A stretch of 64,000 nt of DNA from Iphione sp. A-MEVVRFRX5 (lineage: Eukaryota), in contig OZ320316.1 of NCBI GenBank assembly GCA_976226885.1, forward strand, positions 77,500,001 through 77,564,000, written 5' to 3'. The position numbers and the translations under genes are program-made. The notes under the pieces were generated by a model. The model was given only the letters and a program-made list of their open reading frames with translations, ran no database searches and had not been told where the DNA came from. This document shows positions 55,476 through 64,000 of the stretch, in pieces (within the stretch, counting starts at the first letter, position 1; each line of letters starts with the position of its first letter).

Positions 55476-57356
55476 GCGATTCCTACTAAATAAGCGGTTG
55501 TTCTAGAACTTTTGTCAAAGCTAGGTAAAAGCACAATCTAGACAATGTTGTTTTAGGCGTAGCTGGAGAAACTCTAGCTTACTATCTGTTCAACTATTGA
55601 TTTCCTTTTTCATGTTGATTCACGTGAGCGGTCAACGTAACAAGATGTAGGTTTGAAGAGTGGTACAGTTTGATCATTCACGGCTTCGTAGTTTTCACAG
55701 ATTTGTAGAATAGCCTTTTGTACAGAAACGCAACTTAAAATTGGATAAGCGGTTTTATTCGCTTCAGCTTTATAAAAGATGAGCCCTATTGAGAAAGAGG
55801 TGGTCACCCGGTTAAGTAAGGCATTCTTCGATTCGTCTGTGTTAGACATCAACACAGACTTTACCATTAGTTTACATACCTACCAGGAACACGTGTTTGA
55901 AAGGTATTGGTATACATGTACCTAAGATAAATACATTGTTTCACAGGTAGGATAGAATAGTTTGTGTCTGGGTACATTATAGGTTGGTGAGGTAAGCCAC
56001 CAAAAAGTAAAACAAATACTCCCACAAATACAACACTTACAGGGAGAAAGTCTGAAAATGGAGCAGGGGACGAGAATACCTGTACCACATTTAGACACCA
56101 CACAGAAGCACGAATAAGGCATAGGAATCTGATACGTTTTTTTGATACAAGCTAATGGAATAGAAGAATGAATTGTACTTTCCTGGTCACTGTTGTCGAG
56201 AAACAGAAAAAATCTTGATCGAAGTTGCATTTTATGAATGAGAAAACCCAAAGTATTAATAAGTAAACATGAAAATAATAGCCTTTCGCAGTTAGCAAAT
56301 AGCTATTATAAACTTGGACATTTTATCATTGATTCTTTATCATTTTGATTCCTTGCAAAATAGCTAGATTCCATAACCTTGGAGAGGATTTAATACATCA
56401 ATGCTTCAAATGCCCGAGTGCACTCTATTGATTATTTTCTTAATTACGTCAGAAGGAAAAAAACGTAATACACGTAGATTATTGTATTTCTAGATAAAGT
56501 TGATCGGCACTGTTGCGATAAATGGTGCGTAAGACTGCTCAGCTACTGCTAAATCAAGTTATACGCAACACTACGCGAGAGGCTTTACTTAGATAAGGAG
56601 GACAGATTCTCTGTGGAAAACATAAAGTATACACAAACTAACACTCATGATCGTACAGTCTACAAAAGCTTGTCTTGTATCTGGCACGGTCGTATTTCTG
56701 TTGTACTCGCGTGTGTTGAACAGAACAGTATAGGTAGCCGCGCTGGGGTGAAACAAACCGCCGTCTTCTGGTGGCAGGTGAGAGTAATCTAAAAGCACAG
56801 CTGGCAATTTGAAGTCTGTTGGTTAAAGGTCAGTGCGGCATAAAGCCCTCGTAGGTTATTGTTCGCAGTGGCACCCAGTCGAACCACATCTACTGTTTAG
56901 CTACAACTCTGACTGGCTTTGTCTAGACACAGAGCAGATATAAGGAATACCTGTGCGGTTGCCGCTAATGAAATTTCACTTCAGTATAACATAGTTGTAT
57001 TCTATGCAGTATGGTCTCAGTAATGAACGACTCTAAAGCTTTGTGAAGATGAATTTGCCAAAAAAAATGCCTTGCAAAAATTACATTCAGGCCTGAAAAT
57101 AGAATCCCTTTATAACAAAATTAGCTTTCTATACATTTACTTATTTCGTGGCACGTGGCCACTTCCTGACAACTTATTTTTTTCATAAATATCGCTGGCA
57201 AAGAAAGGAACTTACACAAACATAAAGAAAGGAATTTACACAAACATTTACACACATACAAGAAACATGATTTTTGTGTTTATTTGCGATGTGTCTGAGG
57301 CTACACACCTCCAGTTGTATGCATAAGAGAGAGGCGTCTCAATTACTTCCATTGTA

Positions 57357-58063
57357 CAGGAGACTCCCTCCCCGCGGACGCGTCTCCAATGCAGACATGT
57401 CTCAAATCCGGACGATTTGATGCAGAACGAACTGCTTTTCCATAGTTAACCATTATGAGCTGACGTCTCCAATGCGGACGCTAAAAGTCGGGGGGCGCCT
57501 CCCTGCGGACGGCAGGTGTCGCGTGACAATTCTTATGAAATTCAGCTAAAATCACTTCAAACGGGGGCCGCCGGACCCCCAGAAGCCCTCGATGACACCT
57601 CTGTATATGTTGTCGCGCGAATTTGGGGCCCTAGAGAGGCTCCAGGAGTCATTTTCAAAGGTAGATATGAATAACCCCTGTGGACGAGGTGTTGTCGCGC
57701 GAATTTGGGGCTCCAGGGAGGCTCCAAGAAGGCTCCAGTTGTCAGTTCTTTTTTTACTTTTACTGGTCAAATTCAGTACTTTTAGGACTTAAATTGGTCA
57801 AATTCAGGACTTTTAGGACTTTTACTGGTCAAATTCAGTACTTTTAGGACTTTTACTGGTCAAATTCAGGACTTTTAGGACTTTTACTGGTCAAATTCAG
57901 TACTTTTTGGACCTGAACTGGTTAGAGAGAGAGGGAGAAAGGGAGTTCATTTTCTAGTTTGACCCCCGGTCTGTATGTACCCTGCGTCTCCAATGCGGAC
58001 GCGTCTCAAATGCGGACGATTTGACGCAGAACGAAGGGTGTCCGGAATCGAGGGAGTCTACTG
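57357..58063. mobile_element. Tc1/mariner/Tigger-type MITE (707 bp) with internal minisatellite
   Basis: TA flanks (57355-56, 58064-65). TIR CAGGAGACTCCCTC versus CAGTAGACTCCCTC (13/14). A block like GCGTCTCCAATGC.GAC..GTCTCAAAT.CGGACGATTTGA.GCAGAACGA recurs near both ends in direct orientation. Confidence 0.75.
57757..57911. repeat. 31-bp minisatellite, 5 copies, alternating A/B variants
   Basis: Unit CTTTTACTGGTCAAATTCAG(T/G)ACTTTTAGGA starts at 57757, 57788, 57819, 57850 and 57881. Units 1, 3 and 5 have CAGTAC; units 2 and 4 have CAGGAC. Confidence 0.95.
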
Positions 58064-60192
58064 TATTATATTTTTCCCCCTTGATACGCACATGTTGTGT
58101 TTCTGCACGGACTTCCTATTTTCCAAAGAAAATGCAAAGGTCGGTAATAAACAAATATCAAATTTTTCACCGAATTTTAACAAATGCATACTTCAGAAGT
58201 GTACCTCTATTGCATTTGATAATTTCACTGTACATTCGCACGGTATACACTGCCCGCACAGAACGTTCATTAAATTTCCTATAGTTCAACGATATAATTA
58301 TAATTTGGCGCTCTTTTCTCTCGTAGTAAAATCTACTTTTGATATTTATTTTGCAAGGCTCTGTGAGAGATTTGTAGGTAACACTGGTGTATAAATCACA
58401 ATAGATATAAGCCTATTAAGTCTATAAGAAGAATTCATTTGCTCAGGGGCCCGTGAAATAAAGAGTGTTCACTTGACTACATGATACTCACAGCAAAGAG
58501 TCAATATAAAGCAAAGTCCTTTTAATAGTTATTTCCCGATTATTTGAAATACATGTACAATTTAAGTAGTGGAAGAGACTTCTTTAAATATATTTGAACC
58601 ACGTTTGCATTTAAATCAATGCCAACATTGGTATGACCATATCTGTAGATCATTATATCTTAAATTTCAAACGGGTGCCCTCAGTGTTATTCCCATCAGT
58701 CTTGTGTTTTCTATTACATGCTTATAAGCCAGCAAGAAGTTTATTGCAACCCAATTCGTCTTTGAAGACTGACAAGCGATCTCACATTGCCAGCGATATG
58801 GAAAATCTGTTTTAATGTAGGTATGATGACGGTGCTTCTCGTTTACATTACACAATCCAAAACCAATGTCTAATATTACCTATCATATCCCTCACTGCTT
58901 TGTTAACCTTATCTTTTGCTTTTCTCTGAAGGAAAAGGCGCTGCTGACAACAGGTACAAATATAAATATTCGTGTTTATGTTTGGCGCCAATTTTAGCTT
59001 TTCCTTTTTATTTTACAAGGACCGATAATGCCTGTTCTTAAAAAGGTCTCTACAGAGTTAATCTGCTGTGTATGCAGACAGGAGATAGATAAAATCAAGC
59101 GTGAGGGTTCTTCAAAGTCTGACATTTGGTTATAGTCTGGTTGAATGGTCTGAAATATAATTATAGAGTATAGATATTCCATAATTTTGACAATCCCATA
59201 GTCTTTCAGTGATGTCATGGATACGCTTCATCCAACGAAAACCCCATCGCCTTGCTGCAAGTGTTGAAATAGCTGACGAACTTGAAGAATGTACTTTATT
59301 TACAAATTTAGCATTTGAAATACACCTTCATAAACCGATGACTGTTTGTCAAAGACACAATTCTCTAATCACACTTGCAGCCTTCCAATAATGAGCGGTA
59401 ACTCTAGCAATGGCACCATCACGATCTTCCAGTACATGATAGAGATCCAAGTTTGACTTGTTGTCAATAGACATTGCCCGAGGAGGTCTCAGTATAGGGG
59501 AATCTAATCATTTTACTAAATATACAGTTGACTTCAGCCTAGAAATATCAGGATGCTTGAGTAACACGTCATTAAGTGAAGAACTAACTCTACCACAGTT
59601 TTTACAGCTATTAATACTTCACGTAGAACATTTGTTTCTGGAGTAGTCTTATGTAGACAGTAGTTACATTCCCGCTTAGTCACGTCTGGAGGTCACAAAA
59701 TAGCTTCGGATAAAATCTCTTTCTATATATAAACGTGTTTATATACATTGAATATAAAAATGTCGAATGTAGTTAAGTACTTTATCAGAGAAATTTATTT
59801 GATTTTGCAGTTAAGCAGTATGTGATGATATAACTACATGGAAATGTCCCCATATGTGACGTAAAAATGGTTTTGAAGCCTAGATTTCATACAGAAAACC
59901 GGTTTTAATCATTGAGAGAGTTTTTGTAATAACTATAAAGCAAGACCGCTTGATCTTTTACCCGGTCTTGTATTGTTGGTGCATAGCTTTGTTAAAGAGG
60001 GTAAGAAGGCAAAAGGAAAAGGAGGATAAGGGTCGGTTCCCTTGCCTGTGTTGGTGTTCGTTAGGCTGCATTATGCCTCCATGTGCATTAGTAAGCATTT
60101 TACATACATTTTCTATTGATGTTGCGTTGAGGTTATGTGAGGTTGCATGAAATGATGGAAGAAAGGATAGAAATGAGGCTATGAAAAAAGGG

Positions 60193-60400
60193 AAAAATGA
60201 TGGGAAATATGATGAAAAAGGACATATATGATTCTAAAAGCGGTGAATATGATGGGTAAAATGATGAAAAATGACAAATACGATATATACAGCTGTGAAT
60301 ATGATGGGGAACATGATCAAAAAGGATAAATATGATTTTAAAAGCGCTGAATATAATGGGGGAAAATGATGAAAAAAGACAAATATGAATCTAAAATCTG
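60193..60400. repeat. Degenerate 52-bp tandem repeat, about 4 copies
   Basis: GAATAT(G/A)ATGGG recurs at 60245, 60297 and 60349. Each is followed by an AAATGATGAAAAA.GACAAATATGA-like stretch. Confidence 0.8.
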
Positions 60401-60497
60401 CAGAAATCATGGTCTTTCACCGGATTCAAAGAATATCTCTGATATACTACTGGTGCGTTGATGTCCATGTGCGTTAAATTATCGGTTCAGGGCCATT

Positions 60498-60645
60498 AAT
60501 GGACAATGGGCCCAAAACGGACCCAAACGGACCCAAACGCACATGGACACAATTGGCACGCTTCATTGAATTCAATATTACTATAAAAAATGGACACCAG
60601 TGGACCCAAAACAGACCCAAAACGGACCCAAAATACATGGATACC
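60498..60645. repeat. Two modules of 10-11-bp GGACCCAAA(A) repeats
   Basis: AATGGAC...(CGGACCCAAA)n...CATGGA modules begin at 60498 and 60589. Confidence 0.8.
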
Positions 60646-62025
60646 AACACATGTAAGGAAACCGATCCTAAGCAGGTGTAGGATGGAGCAAGGAGAGGGA
60701 GTAAGGAAGCGAGGGGGCTTAAAGGGCCTGAGGACAAAGGGGGAATCAGAGAGGCAAGGGGAGACAGTAAGAGAATCGGAAGGCAAGAAGCAACCGTTGC
60801 CAGGGACAAGGGAAGTGGCAAGGAGACACGGAGACAAGGAAGCAAGGGCAAGCACCGGTCATGCTCCGAACGTGCATAGTCCAGATACCCACAGAGATTT
60901 AGATGCTATTTCAACTGGTGGAATTTTTTCATAATAGAGAAGCGTTGGGGATTGAAAACCAACATAAGTCAACGGTATAAACTGTACCCTAAAAGCTATC
61001 TATGTGACGTGCTCGTCAGTGCTGGAATAGTTACCGTCGTTCTCAGTTTATGGTGTATAATTTGACGTCACAAATTGTGTCTTTATATCCTTAATTCTTC
61101 AAATATTGAGTACTGGGATATGCGAAGACAAAAATGAACGCTCTCATTCTCAGGCAACGAACTCTGTGCGTAGGTGTTCGAGTGTGTGTGTACGTGTGGC
61201 AGGGTTGCAGTGCGCGCCATGCGCTCTGTCTTACACTTGGATGGTCAGTGTCTGACCATTTCCTCAATTTAGCGGAGCTGTGGGCACTCTATGCCATGAT
61301 GCTGGCCTGCCACCACTCGGCCCTCTCTCTCTATGGTTGGGTGGGCGTTCAACACTAGCAGTCCCATCCTCCTATTCGAACAACAGAGAGAGGTTTATGG
61401 GCTCGTGCCCTTCGTGTATTGACAGGTCCGTTTCAGTCCATGTATTTGAGTTCATTTGACATCCAAGGGCAAGGTGATATAGTTTAAAATATCCATGACT
61501 CTTCTTGGTCATTCATATTCGGCATATCTTTTTACGTCAAATATCACACGCATATTTAAAGGATAGTTGTCGTCTTTACTTAGTTTATGACCATATTTGG
61601 CCTCCCTAGGCAGCATTTCTTGTAGTAATGCAGTTCTTAAAAACGTATACTAATTCTGTTGTGAGCTTCATGGAGGTGCTTATTCCGTTGTTCTGGGGAG
61701 TTGGTCCTGGTTTCAGAGTCGAGTTTACTTACATCCTCTTACACTCACAAACATTGTCTCATTATTGTCACAAGCTAAAGCTACTCTGTTTTTTCTTCCT
61801 TTAACGTCCCTTCTTCTTCCGTCTCCTTGCCCTTGTCTACTCCAACCTGACTCTATCCCTTCACATCATCTATCTGCAGCTCTCCGTGGCCTCCTGTTCT
61901 ATAGCCTGTTTCCTTTGACCCCTCCTCTACCGTCCCCTCATCTGTTGAGCCTTCATATCTCAGCCTTTCTCATCTCTTCCTGTCTTGCTATCTCATACCT
62001 TGACTCTCCATGCCCCTGCCTTGCT

Positions 62026-62028
<3 letters not shown>

Positions 62029-62074
<46 letters not shown>
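62029..62074. repeat. (TC)23 microsatellite inside a ~430-bp polypyrimidine tract (about 61790-62215)
   Basis: Read directly from the sequence. It explains the low-complexity ORFs 61765..62274 and 61988..62182. Confidence 0.97.
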
Positions 62075-62077
<3 letters not shown>

Positions 62078-64000
62078 CTCTTTTGCCTCCCCTCTTGCTG
62101 TCTGCTCCCTTCCTCTTATCCTGTTACCTCTCCTCTCGTATCCCTTCTCCCTCCTCTTTTGCCCCCAGCTACCTGTCCCCATTCTTTCTCCATTCGCCCA
62201 CTCCCTTCCTTCCAGTCAAACAATCCGAAGGGCAGACAGACACGGATAAAGGGAACTCTGAGGTAAACAGGTAAATTCGTGAATACATGGGTTTATATAA
62301 GAGCAATATGTCTGTGTTCTGCTTTACGTTAGATGCTGTAACGTCCAAAGCGACCAGCGCTTGAACACTGCTCAGGGGCAATTTTAACCGAACTCAGATA
62401 ACCTCAAACTGTCCGTTTTTCATATACAGTTACATTGTCAGACATTAAGGATCATTTGGTTACCTAGAGTGTCAGTCATTTCTCTGTGGATTGAATTTTA
62501 CTTATGTTTGACAAAAATAAATACAATGTATGCATGTCTTTCAACATCCAGCTTGTTATAATCTTGCTTGACATCAAAAAAGAGCAAGGTGACATGGCAA
62601 ACTGAATAGGTGGTGGAATTCTTGGCTCAAAAGTAACTGATATTGTACTATGGTCAGATGTGTGCACAAAATGGCCTGTATATCAAAGGGAATAGTAGTT
62701 ATCACCCGTTAATTCATTTTGTTGAAATCCATTTAATGAAATTTTTGTATAAAATGTTTTTTGTGGTTTGTTTGTTTCATTCGTCGTTTTTTTTCAGCAG
62801 CATACTGCCATTCTGTAGGAATATACACGTTTGCGCGTGTGTAGATAGTGCACATCTACACTGTTTTTGACGGGAGCCCGACAGCCCATCGTACTCAAGT
62901 GCAACCATAGCCATCCACGTGTTTATGCCTTACCGAAATATATTAGGAAACAGGGTGTCTCGCGCGCATATGCCTAATGAAATCGAATCTGGGCCTACAT
63001 GTACCTCGAGGGCGACGCTTTCATGTCGGATGCGATGGAATGAGTAGTTTGTTTCTTGGATCCTGTACTGTGCCTTCCTAGCAACCACAAGCAGTTCTGC
63101 AGTGTAAATTTATAGCATTACAGACGGGTATTAACGAGAAGTCTTTTCATCCCATAGAAACTGTGTCGCTAGTCGTCAAAATACTGTTCTCCTTCAGGTG
63201 AATACGAAGCTAAGACACCAATTCCAGGAATCTGTAATAGAGATATTACAAAGAGCCAATAAACGGGAAAGCAGTAGGTCTGGTTCGGTGGATGGTTGTT
63301 TTCAGAATATATAATATATATATCATATACACAATGTATATTTGTATATATCCTCCGTAGCCTGAGGGTGGGGTTATAGAAGCCTAGAGGTCCCCAGTAG
63401 AGTGGTGTGAGTGAATGAGGAACACATCTCTAAGGCCAAGGGCTGTAAGGAGCTAGGGAAGCATATATCTTGTCTTCTTGCTATGATGCAGGTGGCTGGG
63501 TCGGGTGATCACGACTACTGGGCTGATCGTTATTACGGTTGTCTCTGACGGGTGGGCGGCCGCTCGTCCGACCTCTACCGACCTTGGAGGGCCTATGGCT
63601 TGTCTCAGCCGGCTCTAGGCTAGCGACCTTACAATGACCTCGCCGGGTGCCCCTCGGTGTCTTTAATTTGCCGTGCAAATACACGAAGACCCATAAACAA
63701 CAGAACGCTTGTATTTGTTTAGCAAAATTTTATTTTCGCGTCAAAATTTTCCACCCGACAAAGCTTTAAGTAGTGGGCACTATACTTAGATGAACGTTGA
63801 TTTCAATAGGTATTCGCTGTGCAATTGAGTACAGTAAATCTTTTTTTTGCTTGGTGAGGACGCCAATCTTCTCTTAGTCTTACTGCCTTTTAGAGGCTGA
63901 CCTCGCTCTTTAATCATACCCCTAATATGCTTGGAGAATATTCCGTTCTTCCGTGACCCAAACTATAGCTATACGTTCTCCGAACCTTTTATTCTACCGC

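Noticed and set aside
57757-57911. CRISPR-like array (31-bp repeats)
   Set aside because: Units are head-to-tail with no unique spacers, no cas genes are present, and the context is eukaryotic. It is a minisatellite.
61765-62274. 169-aa ORF (second longest in the track)
   Set aside because: Leu/Ser/Pro low-complexity product of the polypyrimidine tract and (TC)n.
62476-62700. TSDHSTISVTF, resembling a LINE endonuclease C-terminal SDH motif
   Set aside because: An isolated motif with no supporting upstream or downstream blocks.

Overview
Gene-poor eukaryotic genomic DNA with no operons, long ORFs, CRISPR array, rRNA or recognisable tRNA. Almost all six-frame ORFs are short chance or antisense frames. 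The only clearly intact protein-coding sequence is a pair of + strand exons, both phase 1-1. Exon 46820-47101 encodes a SUEL/Gal_Lectin-type lectin domain and exon 47486-47875 a CUB-like domain. This pairing is one I associate with invertebrate, especially lophotrochozoan, secreted or cell-surface proteins; that taxonomic call is an inference. The gene's first and last exons were not found. The rest is a transposon graveyard: a frameshifted Tigger/pogo (CENP-B-like, DDE_1) transposase, a TTAA-flanked piggyBac-type non-autonomous element, two TA-flanked Tc1/mariner-type MITEs carrying internal ~30/61-bp tandem repeats, eroded LINE and Ty3/gypsy remnants, minisatellites and microsatellites. I found no convincing novel multi-gene system. 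The best leads are the lectin-CUB gene, a possible nested transposon complex at 36.5-41.9 kb, MITEs with helically phased A-tract repeats, and two candidate structured-RNA folds. All homology calls come from motif recognition by eye; no searches were run.
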